Origin: an uncultured Bacteroidota bacterium
GTDB taxonomy: Bacteria; Bacteroidota; Ignavibacteria; UBA10030; UBA6906
Length of the DNA: 64,000 nt
Assembly (NCBI GenBank): GCA_963700635.1
Contig: CAVOYH010000003.1
Coordinates: 672,001-736,000 of the forward strand
Reading direction: 5' to 3'
Positions 39,425 to 50,301 of the stretch are shown in pieces. Numbering within the stretch: the first letter of the stretch is position 1; each line of letters starts with the position of its first letter. Made by a program: the position numbers and the translations under genes. The notes under the pieces are model-generated. The model was not told the origin of the DNA. It worked only from the letters and a program-made list of their open reading frames with translations, and made no database searches.

Positions 39425-40024
39425 TTAGTCGCGAATCTCCAATCTCCGGATCTCATCCCGCAGGCCCGCGGCCTTCTCGTAATCCTCTTTTTCGATCGCC
39501 TGCTTCAGCTGTTGATGGAGCTGTTCGAGACGGGTAAGCTTGTTGGGTGGCTGATCTTTTGGTGCTGCAGCGGCTTTGGGTGGTTTTGCGCCTCCCCCCT
39601 CTTTCTGTTGTGCTTCCTCTTCTTCTTCCTCCGGCACAAATGACGCTTCGTCCATAACGCCACCCGCCACAAAAATCTGCGCGCCATACCGGACGGCGAG
39701 GGCGATCGCATCACTCGGACGGGAATCAATGAGCTGGTTGTCAATATTCAGCTTTGCGTAAAATGTCCCGTCGCGCAGGTCGTCAATCGTAACATCCATC
39801 AGTTCGGAACCAAACGATGTGATGATGTTTTTCATCAGATCGTGCGTCAGCGGTCGTGGCGGCTTGATCCCCTCCATTTCCAGGGCGATTGACTGCGCCT
39901 CGGCCTGCCCGATAATAATCGGCAGGCGGCGGGTCCCTTCGACTTCCCGGAGAATCAACGCATACGCTCCGCCACTGGCGGGATTTGTTGAGAGTCCTAG
40001 TATATCAACCAGCACGCGTTCCAC
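39425..40024 (-). CDS. Bifunctional nuclease family protein (DUF151) with C-terminal UvrB/UvrC motif
   Basis: LPIIIG, PPRPLTHDL, DSRPSDAIALA, AIEKEDYEKAAGLRDEI. Confidence 0.93.
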   Translation of the reverse strand: MERVLVDILGLSTNPASGGAYALILREVEGTRRLPIIIGQAEAQSIALEMEGIKPPRPLTHDLMKNIITSFGSELMDVTIDDLRDGTFYAKLNIDNQLIDSRPSDAIALAVRYGAQIFVAGGVMDEASFVPEEEEEEAQQKEGGGAKPPKAAAAPKDQPPNKLTRLEQLHQQLKQAIEKEDYEKAAGLRDEIRRLEIRD

Positions 40025-40097
40025 ACTATACTCCTTCCCTGGGTCAGCTCCTCATCGCCCTGGTCTCGATGATCGTCATGCATCCATCACGGTCTGT

Positions 40098-41069
40098 CTA
40101 TTTCCCGAGCGCCTGCTTTAACTGCGATGTCAGTTCGGGAAGAATCTCGAACACATCTCCCGCAATGCCATAGTCTGCAATCTGAAAGATCGGGGCGTCT
40201 TTATCCTTGTTGATGGCCACAATGTACTTCGACGATGACATACCTGCAATATGTTGAACCGCCCCGGAGATTCCGCATGCAACATACAGTGTCGGAGACA
40301 CCGTCTTCCCGGTTTGTCCAACCTGTTCGTCGTGCGGGCGCCAGCCGGCATCCACCACAGCGCGTGACGCACCCACCGCCGCACCGAGCACATCAGCCAG
40401 CGATTCCAGCAGAGCAAAATGCTCCGGCCCTTTCATTCCGCGACCGCCGGAGACGATGATGTCCGCTTCTGTGACATCAGGCCGGCCTGTGGAAACTTGT
40501 ACATCCTTAACGACAGTGACAAAGTCGGCCGGATCAAGCGCCACTGACACCGACTCGACGGTCGGATCACTGCCTCCCGGGGTCGCGGTGAAGACGTTCG
40601 GGCGCAACGTAAACACCTTCACCGGCGTTGTCACACGCACATCCACGAGCGCCTTTCCTGCATACACCGGCCGCGTCGCTATAATATCGCCGTTCTCAAC
40701 CTTGAGATCCACGCAGTCGCCTGCGAGACCCGCCTTCAGCTTCAGGGCAACGCGGGGGGCAAGGTCTTTCCCCATCTGGCTCGCGGGCAGGAACACGATT
40801 CCGGCACCCTGTTTCGTTGCCACCTCGGCGATCACTTTTGCGTATGCAACGCTGGCATGCGCGGCGAGTGTTGGATCATCCACAACCACAACACGTGATG
40901 CGCCGAACTGTCCGAGTTCCTTTGCCATGGTAGTGATGCCACTGCCAACGACAAGGGCACAGAATTCGGCTTTGAGTGTGTCGGCTACGCCCCGCGCTGC
41001 ACGAATGGTCTCAAACGAGGATTTCTTAAATTTTCCATCACGATGTTCGGCAAATGCAAGAATAGTCAT
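40098..41069 (-). CDS. etfA: Electron transfer flavoprotein alpha subunit
   Basis: [34 protein letters not shown]. Confidence 0.96.
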   Translation of the reverse strand: MTILAFAEHRDGKFKKSSFETIRAARGVADTLKAEFCALVVGSGITTMAKELGQFGASRVVVVDDPTLAAHASVAYAKVIAEVATKQGAGIVFLPASQMGKDLAPRVALKLKAGLAGDCVDLKVENGDIIATRPVYAGKALVDVRVTTPVKVFTLRPNVFTATPGGSDPTVESVSVALDPADFVTVVKDVQVSTGRPDVTEADIIVSGGRGMKGPEHFALLESLADVLGAAVGASRAVVDAGWRPHDEQVGQTGKTVSPTLYVACGISGAVQHIAGMSSSKYIVAINKDKDAPIFQIADYGIAGDVFEILPELTSQLKQALGK

Positions 41070-41070
41070 A

Positions 41071-41817
41071 TCAGATCACCTTGGCTTCGTCATGCAACAA
41101 TCGGAGCAATTCAGGGATTGCGGTTTTGTCGGTCCCGATAATTTTGCCGGATGATTTTGCCGGCGGTTTCCGCATCGCATCGGTGACCACCCGGGATTCG
41201 GCTGCAGCCGCTGGTTTCTCTTCAATCGGCTTGCTCTTGGCCGCCATGATCCCCTTGAGTGACGGATAACGCGGCTCGTTGAGCCCTTTTTGTGCAAGAA
41301 ATACTGCCGGGAGTTTTGTCTCAACCGTTTCATGCCCGCCTTCGATTTCGCGCTGGCAGACAACCTTGTCCTCCTGGAGGTCAACCTTGACAACAACTCC
41401 CACAGAAGGCATATCGAGCATTTCCGCCACAGACGTGCCAACCTGTGCATCGTCAAAATCGATGGATTGTTTGCCGAAGAGGATCACATCCGGGGCAAGT
41501 GTGCGCAGCTCCGCAGCGAGACCAAAAGCAACGGAATATGAGTCCCGTTCCGCCTCATCCACAAGCAGCACAGCCCTGTCAGCACCCATGGCCAGGGCTT
41601 TGCGGAGCGTTTCTTTGTGTTTTTCGCCACCCAGGCTAATGACCACCACTTCCCCCTTAAACTTGTCACGTATGCGGAGGCCCTCTTCGACGGCGATTTC
41701 GTCATACGGACTCATGATAAAATTCACCCCTGTGCGGTCAATACCTTTGTTATCGGGGGCGATTTTGATCTTTGTTTCCGTATCGGGGACATGGTTTATG
41801 CAGACTGCAACCTTCAT
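41071..41817 (-). CDS. etfB: Electron transfer flavoprotein beta subunit
   Basis: [38 protein letters not shown]. Confidence 0.96.
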   Translation of the reverse strand: MKVAVCINHVPDTETKIKIAPDNKGIDRTGVNFIMSPYDEIAVEEGLRIRDKFKGEVVVISLGGEKHKETLRKALAMGADRAVLLVDEAERDSYSVAFGLAAELRTLAPDVILFGKQSIDFDDAQVGTSVAEMLDMPSVGVVVKVDLQEDKVVCQREIEGGHETVETKLPAVFLAQKGLNEPRYPSLKGIMAAKSKPIEEKPAAAAESRVVTDAMRKPPAKSSGKIIGTDKTAIPELLRLLHDEAKVI

Positions 41818-41894
41818 CCAAATGGTCTCCTGTGTTGAATTATGGTGTTCCGGAGCCGGGACTGCTCTTCACGGAATCTCTGGGGGAGTATAGA

Positions 41895-41923
41895 AATATA
41901 CCATCCCACGCCCCCAAAGGCAA
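41895..41923 (-). promoter_or_regulatory. Putative sigma70 promoter for etfBA operon
   Basis: Minus strand TTGCCT-N17-TATATT. Confidence 0.55.
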
Positions 41924-41930
41924 CCGGGCT

Positions 41931-41959
41931 TTGACTTTGTCCGATGATTTCCGTATTGT
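41931..41959 (+). promoter_or_regulatory. Putative sigma70 promoter for rpsT
   Basis: TTGACT-N17-TATTGT. Confidence 0.55.
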
Positions 41960-42013
41960 ATATGTTCAGTACCTTAACTGTTGACGTAATCCTTTTTTTG
42001 GAGAAGCAGCCGG

Positions 42014-42268
42014 ATGGCTCAGCACGAATCGGCGGAAAAGAGGGCCCGGCAGTCGAAACGCCGTGCAGCCCGTAATGCCCAGTGGAAATCGCGCATGCGT
42101 AATGCCATCAAGCGCGTCAGGACCACAACGGACAAAGACAAAGCAAAGACCGAATTGAACAAGACGGTAAAGCTGCTCGACCAGCTCGCCGCGAAGGGCG
42201 TGATCCACAAGAACACAGCATCCAACCAGAAGTCACGCCTCACCAAGCTTGTCAACTCCCTGAAGTAG
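42014..42268 (+). CDS. rpsT: 30S ribosomal protein S20
   Basis: SAEKRARQ...KSRMRNAIK...KGVIHKNTASNQKSRL. Confidence 0.98.
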   Translation: MAQHESAEKRARQSKRRAARNAQWKSRMRNAIKRVRTTTDKDKAKTELNKTVKLLDQLAAKGVIHKNTASNQKSRLTKLVNSLK

Positions 42269-42853
42269 CTTTTCGAGCACTTCAAGGCGTTCACGAAAGC
42301 GTCCGGCCTCCCCCGGGCGCTGTTGCATCAAGAGACGGTATGCCGCAACAGCCGCCCTGTACTCACCTTGCTGCGCATAAATCTCAGCCAGTGTTACGGT
42401 CATTCGTTGCGGTACCTCGCCGTCGCTTCCTCTGCTGTCCTGTGATGGCGTAGCTTCCGGACTCTGCGTTCGTGCTCCCTCCGGCGAGCGTGATGACCCA
42501 AGGCGATCCCTTCCCTGCTTCACTCTCTGCAACTGGCGCAGCATAAAATCTATGCTGCTCTCTTCCTTGCCGGGTGTCGAAGGACCCTTCTGGGACTCTT
42601 CGCCCGAGACACGCCGTAACGCTTCGCCGACTTCCTTGAGTCCGGGAACAAGCTGATTCACTCGCAGAAACTGTGCCGCCGCATCGTCCGGCTTACCGAG
42701 ATCTTCATAACATCGCCCGAGAATCCAGTACCCTGTGGCATAGTCCGGATACTTCCGCGTACCACCCAGACAGAGGCTCAGGGATGCTGCGACCTCGCCC
42801 CTGACAAGCAACTCCACGGCACGTTCTGCAAACCGCGGAGCGATCTCCTCCAT
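42233..42853 (-). CDS. TPR-containing hypothetical protein
   Basis: YPDYATGYWILGRCY and TVTLAEIYAQQG TPR-like motifs; start 42853 or 42862. Confidence 0.75.
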   Translation of the reverse strand: MEEIAPRFAERAVELLVRGEVAASLSLCLGGTRKYPDYATGYWILGRCYEDLGKPDDAAAQFLRVNQLVPGLKEVGEALRRVSGEESQKGPSTPGKEESSIDFMLRQLQRVKQGRDRLGSSRSPEGARTQSPEATPSQDSRGSDGEVPQRMTVTLAEIYAQQGEYRAAVAAYRLLMQQRPGEAGRFRERLEVLEKLLQGVDKLGEA

Positions 42854-42863
42854 CCCGACCATC

Positions 42864-44336
42864 TTACCTACCACCGCTCGGCCGCCGGGCATGATATGCA
42901 TGCTTCACCGACAGGACAGAGACAAAGGAAAATCCCAGGAAGAACATCAGCTGAAAGGGAACCGCCGCTATTTCAAGAAAATAGACCGACGCGACCACTC
43001 CGATCAGACAGTACAGCGCGAGCACGACTTCCAGAATCACCGTCGCGCTGATCTTGATCGGCACATAACTCTTGTCACGCCACGAATCCGTCTTTGCTCG
43101 TATGGAGTACTTGGGTGTGCGTACAAATTCACTTTTCCGTTTGAAAAGACCTTCGAGCACGGCCCGGCTGTTATTGACGGCAAACCCCATACTGCCAGCC
43201 ATAAAGATCGGGAAAAGGAAAATCCGTTTGCGCCAGTCAACATAGACATCTTTTTGCGAAAATAGATAAAAAAGAAATGAACCGATAAACGCAAAGACAA
43301 AGACCGACATAAATACAAAATAGATGTCGTGCGCACCTGCATGCTTGATGAACACCAGCGGCACATTCAGTATTCCCGCCAGCACGATAAACGGAAAGAC
43401 GAGATTGTTCGTGAGGTGGAATGTCGCATGAACCTTGATCTTCAGCGGGAGCGCAGATTTCCAGACCTCCGGAAGCATTTTCCGGGCCGTTTCGATCGCT
43501 CCCTTGGTCCAGCGGAATTGCTGGGACTTCAACGCATTAATCTCTGAGGGCAGCTCTGCGGGAGATGTGACGTTGTTGAGATATTTGAATTTCCAGCCGC
43601 GGAGCTGTGCCCGGTAGCTGAGATCAAGATCTTCGGTAAGGGTATCCGCCTGCCAGTTGCCGGCATCCAGGATACATTCCTTTTTCCAGATGCCCGCTGT
43701 GCCGTTGAAGTTGATGAAGAACCCCACCTTGTTCCGCACGGACTGTTCGATGACAAAATGTCCATCCAGCGCCATGGCCTGTGTGCGGGTAAGCAGTGAG
43801 TAGTCGGCGTTAATATGTTCCCACCGTGTTTGCACCATACCGATCCGCGGATCGGCGGAGAAGTGTGGAAGTGTCTTAAGCAGGAAGTCCTGCCGAGGAA
43901 CAAAATCGGCATCGAAGATGGCAATAAATTCTCCGCGCGCGTTTGTCAGTCCTTCTTTGAGAGCACCGGCCTTAAATCCCTGCCGGTTCGCACGCCGGAC
44001 CTGCTTGATGTCAAAGCCGAGTTTCTGATACCGCTCCACATGCTCCGCAACAAGATCCACCGTCTCATCGGTCGAGTCATCGAGCACCTGAATCTCCAGC
44101 TTGTCCTTCGGATAGATCATTGCGCATGCGGCATCAATAAGGCGCCCGACGACATACACCTCATTGTAGACGGGAAGCTGCACGGTCACCACAGGATACG
44201 TATCCAGCGTCTTGACGGTGGGCTGTATCCGGGTGCGGAACTTCAAATAGTAATAGATCATAATAAAACCGTGCGACCCGAATACGAAGAGGATCGTTAA
44301 TGCGCCAATGTAGGTAAAGAGGATGATCTCTTCCAT
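42864..44336 (-). CDS. Processive GT2 glycosyltransferase (cellulose synthase-like, CslA type)
   Basis: QLPVYNE, DDSTD, KAG, FDADF, TEDLDL, QQFRW; C-terminal TM helices. Confidence 0.92.
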   Translation of the reverse strand: MEEIILFTYIGALTILFVFGSHGFIMIYYYLKFRTRIQPTVKTLDTYPVVTVQLPVYNEVYVVGRLIDAACAMIYPKDKLEIQVLDDSTDETVDLVAEHVERYQKLGFDIKQVRRANRQGFKAGALKEGLTNARGEFIAIFDADFVPRQDFLLKTLPHFSADPRIGMVQTRWEHINADYSLLTRTQAMALDGHFVIEQSVRNKVGFFINFNGTAGIWKKECILDAGNWQADTLTEDLDLSYRAQLRGWKFKYLNNVTSPAELPSEINALKSQQFRWTKGAIETARKMLPEVWKSALPLKIKVHATFHLTNNLVFPFIVLAGILNVPLVFIKHAGAHDIYFVFMSVFVFAFIGSFLFYLFSQKDVYVDWRKRIFLFPIFMAGSMGFAVNNSRAVLEGLFKRKSEFVRTPKYSIRAKTDSWRDKSYVPIKISATVILEVVLALYCLIGVVASVYFLEIAAVPFQLMFFLGFSFVSVLSVKHAYHARRPSGGR

Positions 44337-44386
44337 AGCAAGTATTTTTGTCAGAAACCTAAGTTGTGAATGGAACTGAGTGGCAG

Positions 44387-44899
44387 TCACCAGCCAGATA
44401 CTGTTTCAAGCAAGACATCTTCACTGATTTTCCGGATCGCTTCTTGCATTCCCGCCTTCCGTTGTGACACGCCACCTCCGGAGTCGTAGTCCCCCCAGTT
44501 GGAAAAATTCTTTTCCCAGACCTTGCGGCGTAGTTTCATGTCCTGAAATGTGAACTTGACCGACATGGTGATGCGGCGTTTGCTCACCTGCTCACCCTGC
44601 TCGACAACGGAGGGTGCATCGGTCACGGTAACGATGGACCCGACCAGCAGCGCATCTGCGGTACTCCGATCGGCAACCTGCAGACTGTTGTCGTTGATAA
44701 AGAGATCCGTCACGGACCGTGTCACTTCCTCCCGCAATCCAGGTTCACCGAATCCCGACTGATCGTCGATCAGTGGAACGGCGATGGTTTTCAGATGTGA
44801 CGGGACAGAAGCCCCGGTAAAGGAATAGACGCATCCGGTAACAAGGAACGCAACCGTGCAGGCAAAGATGTGTACGGGGCCGGTGTTCCGTCTTTTCAT
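44387..44899 (-). CDS. lptE: LptE-family lipoprotein
   Basis: Lipobox VTGC, YSFTGAS, ending SGW; context downstream of sigma54-type regulator as in Bacteroidota. Confidence 0.7.
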   Translation of the reverse strand: MKRRNTGPVHIFACTVAFLVTGCVYSFTGASVPSHLKTIAVPLIDDQSGFGEPGLREEVTRSVTDLFINDNSLQVADRSTADALLVGSIVTVTDAPSVVEQGEQVSKRRITMSVKFTFQDMKLRRKVWEKNFSNWGDYDSGGGVSQRKAGMQEAIRKISEDVLLETVSGW

Positions 44900-46062
44900 C
44901 CGTGCTCCCTCGCATCCAGCCCGTATTCCTTGATTTTTCTGTACAACGTGCGCTCGCTGATGTGAAGGGCCCGTGCGGCAACGCGGCGGTTGCCTTTGTA
45001 CCGCTCGAGGGCTTCGCTAATCATGCGCCGCTCCATTGTCTCCAGCGAGAGGTTCGCGGGCTCCACAGCCTCCCGGGACTCGTCCGGATCCGCGTTTCCC
45101 GACCGGTACATGTCCTGCGTTTGCAGATGGTCGAGAAGTTCATTTTTGAGGTCCAGAATACTTCCCTTGATGTCAAGCAATGCACGGAGGATCAATTCTC
45201 GTTCCGCCTGTTCAACGCTCCTGCCGACGGGAACCGGGAGATTTCTTTCTTCCGTAACACCCCGGAACTCTTTTAAGTATTTCTGCACATCCTGCGGTTC
45301 AAGATGGCGGCCGTTTTCCAGGATCAGCATGCTCTCCACCACATTGCGCAATTCCCGGACGTTTCCGGGCCAGTGATAGGATTGGAGGAGCGCCAGCGCC
45401 GAAGGGCTGATGCCGGCAAACGGCACGTTGTTCCTGCGGGAGATTTCAGCTGCAAAATGCCGAAAGAGCACGGGAATATCTTCCACGCGCTTCCGGAGCG
45501 GGGGGATGCTGATATTCACCGACCGGAGGCGGTAAAACAGATCTGCGCGGAACCGCTGCGCCTGGACTTCCACCTCGAGGTTTTTATTTGTTGCGGCGAT
45601 CACGCGCACATTCACTGTCCGCGATACCGATGAACCCACACGGAGAAATTCGCCATTCTCAAGTATCCGCAGAAATTTTACCTGCGCCGAGAGGGGTAAT
45701 TCACCCACCTCGTCGAGAAAGATACTCCCCCCGTCAGCCAGCTCGAAGTACCCCTTTCGCTGTTCCGATGCGCCGGTAAAGGACCCGCGCTCATGCCCGA
45801 ACAACTCACTCTCGATGATACCTTCGGGGATGGCGCCACAGTTCACGGTAATCAGGGGCTTTTTGCTGCGCGGGCTGGCTTCATGGATCGCTTTGGCGAT
45901 CACCTCTTTCCCGACGCCACTTTCCCCCGTCACGAGCACGGTGATATCTGTCGGTGCGACCTGTTCAATCACGTCAACGATTTTCCGTATTTCCATGGAT
46001 TCGCCGACGATACCATGCTCTTCCTGGAAACGGTCTGACTGTATGCGTACCGCTGCGTCCAT
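44896..46062 (-). CDS. Sigma54-interaction (bEBP-like) AAA+ regulator with Fis HTH, no input domain
   Basis: [52 protein letters not shown]. Confidence 0.93.
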   Translation of the reverse strand: MDAAVRIQSDRFQEEHGIVGESMEIRKIVDVIEQVAPTDITVLVTGESGVGKEVIAKAIHEASPRSKKPLITVNCGAIPEGIIESELFGHERGSFTGASEQRKGYFELADGGSIFLDEVGELPLSAQVKFLRILENGEFLRVGSSVSRTVNVRVIAATNKNLEVEVQAQRFRADLFYRLRSVNISIPPLRKRVEDIPVLFRHFAAEISRRNNVPFAGISPSALALLQSYHWPGNVRELRNVVESMLILENGRHLEPQDVQKYLKEFRGVTEERNLPVPVGRSVEQAERELILRALLDIKGSILDLKNELLDHLQTQDMYRSGNADPDESREAVEPANLSLETMERRMISEALERYKGNRRVAARALHISERTLYRKIKEYGLDAREHG

Positions 46063-46068
46063 AATCCC

Positions 46069-46869
46069 CTAGCGTGAAATCACCATCGTATCAATATTTA
46101 GTTTCGTCTTGACCCCTGCCGCCGCCGTCTTGGCTTCATCATACGTGGCGTAGTCCCCCACGAGCACAATGAACAGCGCACGGGTATTGCGCACTTTGCT
46201 GACCAGTTCGGTTGCGTATCCCAACGATTCAAAACGCGCTTTCTGAGTTTCTGCGTTTGCATACAACGTGAATGCGCCCACCTGAAGAGAGAAACGCACC
46301 GGGATGGCCGTGTCCGACGGAATCTCCGGCGAAGACGGAGCCGTCTCTGCTGGAGTTGCCGTTGTTTGCGGCGCCGGGTCTGCCGTGGCCTCCGTCCCCA
46401 CGGGGGGCACTGGTGAAGGTTGTGGAGACGCCGATGGCACCACCGGAACCCGGCTGTGGTCCATCCGTGTGTCGTCCGCAGCCTCCCCGCCGTATGGCGA
46501 CGCAGGATAGCTGCTCTTCAGCTGGGCCAGCTTGAGCTCGGCCGTGCGATACAGTCCGAGGGCGTAGTAGAACTGATACACCTTATACAACGCATCATCG
46601 GCCCATTCACTCTGTGGAAAGTTGTCAACAATGCTCTGGTACGTACGCACGGCGTCGGCGCCTTCACGGGTCAGAAGCGCCTGGAGGTACAGCACGCCGG
46701 GGTTATTCGGATACTTGCTGATCAAAGACGGAAGCTGTTCACGAACGGCATCGTCGGCGCCGGCGTTCACCTGTGTTACCAGTTGCTGGATGTCCGGGGC
46801 GCCTCCCTGTGCGGAAAGGGTGTGTATCGATATCATACATGTCACAACGACAACCAGAGAACGCATCAT
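46069..46869 (-). CDS. Secreted TPR + SPOR domain protein
   Basis: Signal peptide, TPR-like (FPQSEWADDAL), Pro/Thr linker, SPOR FSLQVGAF...VLVGDY. Confidence 0.85.
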   Translation of the reverse strand: MMRSLVVVVTCMISIHTLSAQGGAPDIQQLVTQVNAGADDAVREQLPSLISKYPNNPGVLYLQALLTREGADAVRTYQSIVDNFPQSEWADDALYKVYQFYYALGLYRTAELKLAQLKSSYPASPYGGEAADDTRMDHSRVPVVPSASPQPSPVPPVGTEATADPAPQTTATPAETAPSSPEIPSDTAIPVRFSLQVGAFTLYANAETQKARFESLGYATELVSKVRNTRALFIVLVGDYATYDEAKTAAAGVKTKLNIDTMVISR

Positions 46870-48224
46870 GCGGCCTCTCCTTCGGTTTTCTGTGCGGCAA
46901 CCGGATTTCCGAACAGGGTCGCAGAATTGACTCGCTGAATGAGAATCGGGAGTGTCTGTCCGGTTGTTTCGCTCCCGTGCGGGAAGATAACGGTTTTATT
47001 GGTGTCGGTTCGACCCATAAAAGCTGTTTCCGATTTTTTGCTCGGTCCTTCCACAAGAACCGGCACAATAGTATTGACGAGGTGTCTATTCAGTTCCAGC
47101 GAGATCTCCTGTTGCATCGCCACAATCCCGGTTACACGCGCACTCTTCACTTCGTCCGGAATGTCGTCTCCCATTTCCCAGGCCTTCGTTCTTTCCCTGG
47201 CAGAGTACATGAACGTGTATGCACCGTCGTAGCGCACTTCGCGCATCAGTGACACGGTCATCCGGTGTTCGTCCTCGGTTTCCGTGGGAAACCCGGAAAT
47301 GATATCTGTGGTCAGGCTCACGCCGGGAATGGCGCGCCGGATTTTCTCCACGAGACGCATGTACTCCCCGACGGTGTACGTCCGGTTCATGAGCGAGAGA
47401 ATACGGTCGGATCCGGATTGAACGGGGAGGTGCACATACTTGCAGATATTCTCCTCCGTCGCAAGAGTTTCAATCAGCACATCCGACATATCCTGGGGAT
47501 GTGAAGTGGTAAACCGGATGCGCATCGAACGATCGACAGCAGCGACAGACTTGATCAGGGCAGCGAAGTCCACATCCCCGTCGCGGTACGAATTAACATT
47601 TTGTCCGAGCAGCGTGATTTCCCTGTATCCATGGTCGGCGAGCCTGCGGACTTCCTGGAGGATGCTGGTCAACGACCGGCTTCTCTCACGGCCCCGGGTG
47701 AACGGAACGACACAGAACGAACAAAACTTGTCGCACCCCCGCATCACGGAAATCCATGCACAAATACCCTCTGTTCGTAAGGGTTCGATATCATCGTATG
47801 TCTCGACACGTGACAGCCTCACGGCGATACCTTTTTCTCCCCCGAATGCGCTGCTCAGGAGATCGGGCAACTTGCGGTATTCATCCGGGCCAACGATCAG
47901 ATCAACCAGCCGTTCCTCTTCAATAAACTGCTCGCGCAGCCGTTCGGCCATACACCCGAGAACCCCCACGACAAGGTGAGGGTTGGTCCGTTTGTGTGCG
48001 TTGATGAGCCCAAGCCGCCCCCTGATTCGCTGTTCAGCGTTGTCGCGTATGGCGCATGTGTTCAGAAGAACAACGTCGGCCTCTGACATTTCGCCGGTAA
48101 ACATATACCCGCGGGATCTCAGAATCCCCCCGACGAGCTCACTGTCGGCCAGGTTCATCTGACATCCATAGGTTTCCACGTAGATTCGACGTGGGGTATT
48201 CAGGTGCACTGATTGGGAGTCCAT
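46866..48224 (-). CDS. miaB: tRNA-2-methylthio-N6-dimethylallyladenosine synthase
   Basis: TYGCQMN, NTCAIR, GCMA, CDKFCSFC radical-SAM motif, C-terminal TRAM domain. Confidence 0.97.
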   Translation of the reverse strand: MDSQSVHLNTPRRIYVETYGCQMNLADSELVGGILRSRGYMFTGEMSEADVVLLNTCAIRDNAEQRIRGRLGLINAHKRTNPHLVVGVLGCMAERLREQFIEEERLVDLIVGPDEYRKLPDLLSSAFGGEKGIAVRLSRVETYDDIEPLRTEGICAWISVMRGCDKFCSFCVVPFTRGRERSRSLTSILQEVRRLADHGYREITLLGQNVNSYRDGDVDFAALIKSVAAVDRSMRIRFTTSHPQDMSDVLIETLATEENICKYVHLPVQSGSDRILSLMNRTYTVGEYMRLVEKIRRAIPGVSLTTDIISGFPTETEDEHRMTVSLMREVRYDGAYTFMYSARERTKAWEMGDDIPDEVKSARVTGIVAMQQEISLELNRHLVNTIVPVLVEGPSKKSETAFMGRTDTNKTVIFPHGSETTGQTLPILIQRVNSATLFGNPVAAQKTEGEAA

Positions 48225-48238
48225 TTTGAGGGCTGACA

Positions 48239-48267
48239 AATTTACCTACAGAGTGACAGAAAAGCAA
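48239..48267 (-). promoter_or_regulatory. Putative sigma70 promoter for miaB operon
   Basis: Minus strand TTGCTT-N17-TAAATT shortly upstream of ATG 48224. Confidence 0.4.
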
Positions 48268-48453
48268 TTTTGGCAGATTAGAAATTCGTTAATTCCTTTT
48301 AATGTGACCCCTTTTTTGTCTTTTTTCTCCATATTGTGACAATACGGCAGATATGCTTGTTAATTTTCTGAACCCCTGTGTTTCAAAATCACTTTGAGTT
48401 GCGTATCTTTGGTCTGCAATCCGGCAAATTCTAATGACCTACATAAAGACCCC

Positions 48454-49440
48454 ATGAAACCCAACAATTTGATGACCGATATTCACACCAAGGCCAAATC
48501 CCTTAAAAAGACCATTGTTCTCCCCGATGCCACGGATGAGCGCACCATCCAGGCCGCCCGCATCCTTGTAGATCAAGGACTGGCCTCTCCGGTGCTCATT
48601 GGTGATACCGGTACAATTGAAGCGGGAATAAAAAAGACAGCTACATCTGCGGATGGAATCCAGATCATTGATCCTTCACGCTCGGACCATCTGGAAAACT
48701 TCTCCGGAATCTTCTGCGAGCTCCGTAAATCCAAAGGACTCGAACTCGCGCAGGCGCGTCAGTTGATGCATCAACCGCTTTATTTTGGGGCAATGATGGT
48801 GAGGCAGGGGCTTGCCGCGGGCAGCGTGGCCGGCTCTCTCTCCACGACGGGTGACGTTTTGCGGGCAGCGATTCAGGTTATCGGACTGGCCGAGAATATT
48901 TCCATCGTTTCAAGTTTCTTCCTTATGGTGTTTCCCCATCAGGTGTACTCGTTTGCCGACAGCGCAGTGGTCCCAGATCCTACCGTCGAACAGCTTGCAG
49001 ACATTGGCATTTCCACTGCGGACAACCACCGTAGGCTGACCGGCGAAGAGCCACGAGTGGCCATGTTGTCGTTTTCGACAAAAGGAAGTGCTGACCATCC
49101 GCTTATTGAAAAAGTACAGAAGGCAACCGAGCTGTTCCGACAGAAGCGGCCTGATTTGATTGTGGACGGCGAGGTTCAGCTCGATACAGCGATCGTGCCG
49201 AAGGTTGCAGCATCAAAAGCCCCGGGGAGTCCGCTGGAGGGAAAGGCCAATGTCCTCATTTTCCCCGACCTCAATGCGGGAAACATAGGGTACAAACTGG
49301 CACAGCGTATGGCCGGCGCGGACGCAATCGGTCCCGTCGTGCAGGGTCTTCGTAAACCGGCATTTGACCTTTCCCGTGGATGTAGCGTCAGCGATATCGT
49401 GAATGTGGTGGCGATTAATGCGATTGTTGGAGCAGCGTAG
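48454..49440 (+). CDS. pta: Phosphate acetyltransferase (short PTA_PTB form)
   Basis: [49 protein letters not shown]. Confidence 0.95.
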   Translation: MKPNNLMTDIHTKAKSLKKTIVLPDATDERTIQAARILVDQGLASPVLIGDTGTIEAGIKKTATSADGIQIIDPSRSDHLENFSGIFCELRKSKGLELAQARQLMHQPLYFGAMMVRQGLAAGSVAGSLSTTGDVLRAAIQVIGLAENISIVSSFFLMVFPHQVYSFADSAVVPDPTVEQLADIGISTADNHRRLTGEEPRVAMLSFSTKGSADHPLIEKVQKATELFRQKRPDLIVDGEVQLDTAIVPKVAASKAPGSPLEGKANVLIFPDLNAGNIGYKLAQRMAGADAIGPVVQGLRKPAFDLSRGCSVSDIVNVVAINAIVGAA

Positions 49441-49447
49441 GACCCGG

Positions 49448-49469
49448 GAGGAGCGCCGGGGGGCTCCTC
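49448..49469. terminator. GC-rich hairpin between convergent pta and ABC permease
   Basis: GAGGAGC...GCTCCTC 7-bp stem; no clear U-tract. Confidence 0.3.
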
Positions 49470-50301
49470 ATGCTGTTCGTCCCGTCATCACACTCCACAA
49501 CCAGGCAACACCCAATCCCACCGATGCGACGCCCACGATGGCAGGTGAGGCCGGAACATCCAGGAGGAATGCCAGATATAATCCCACGAGGGGAGTAATC
49601 ACGCCGATTGTCACAGACACCAGAAAAATTGATTTCACCCTCCGTACGAGCAGCATGGCCGTTACCGGGGGCACAACCAGAAATCCGAACACAAAGAGGT
49701 CCCCTACCATATGCGTGGCCAGCGAGATGACCATGCCGGCGATCAGATAGAACACCATCTCCCACGCGCCCGCCCTGTACCCCTGTGCTGCTGCACTATC
49801 GGGATCAAATGAGACAAATGTAAATTCCTTGTAAAACAGCACATGTGCCGCCATCGCAACCACAAAACCCCCGAGCATGAGAAAAAACAATTCCGGAGTA
49901 ACAAAGAGAATATCACCACGCAACAGGCTTTCTATTTCTGCGACATCGACCCGCGCCGTTTTCTGCATGATAAGCAGTCGTGCCGTCACAGACGTAACGA
50001 AAACGACCCCGAGCACCGCGTCGCGGGGTGTCTTTTTTCCGGTGAGCAGACGGGAGATGATCACCACGGTCACCATGGTTGCCGCGAGTGCGCCAAGGGT
50101 ATGTGGGACGGCAAGAAACGGCAGAAACGTGATCGCCAGACCTAGCACCGACACCTGCGTGAGAACCGCCCCGAGAAAGACGACTCGTTTGGCAACGATA
50201 TAGACACCGAGGTACGCACAGGCTATCCCCACGAGAACACTGCCGTAGACGGCATACGGGAATTCCCGGAAAAGGATTCCGAACACTTCAATGGGGTTCA
50301 T
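49468..50301 (-). CDS. Zn/Mn ABC transporter permease (ZnuB/MntB-like)
   Basis: LGVYIVAKRVVF, LLRGDIL, YKEFTFVSFDP; many TM helices. Confidence 0.9.
   Translation of the reverse strand: MNPIEVFGILFREFPYAVYGSVLVGIACAYLGVYIVAKRVVFLGAVLTQVSVLGLAITFLPFLAVPHTLGALAATMVTVVIISRLLTGKKTPRDAVLGVVFVTSVTARLLIMQKTARVDVAEIESLLRGDILFVTPELFFLMLGGFVVAMAAHVLFYKEFTFVSFDPDSAAAQGYRAGAWEMVFYLIAGMVISLATHMVGDLFVFGFLVVPPVTAMLLVRRVKSIFLVSVTIGVITPLVGLYLAFLLDVPASPAIVGVASVGLGVAWLWSVMTGRTA

Noticed and set aside
48404-48411. TATCTTTG matching the Bacteroidia -7 promoter motif upstream of pta
   Set aside because: No TTTG at the expected -33 spacing, and other promoters here are E. coli-type.
48454-49440. pta as BMC cargo
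   Set aside because: 16 kb from the shell genes, ordinary PTA_PTB type rather than PduL, and no clear encapsulation peptide.
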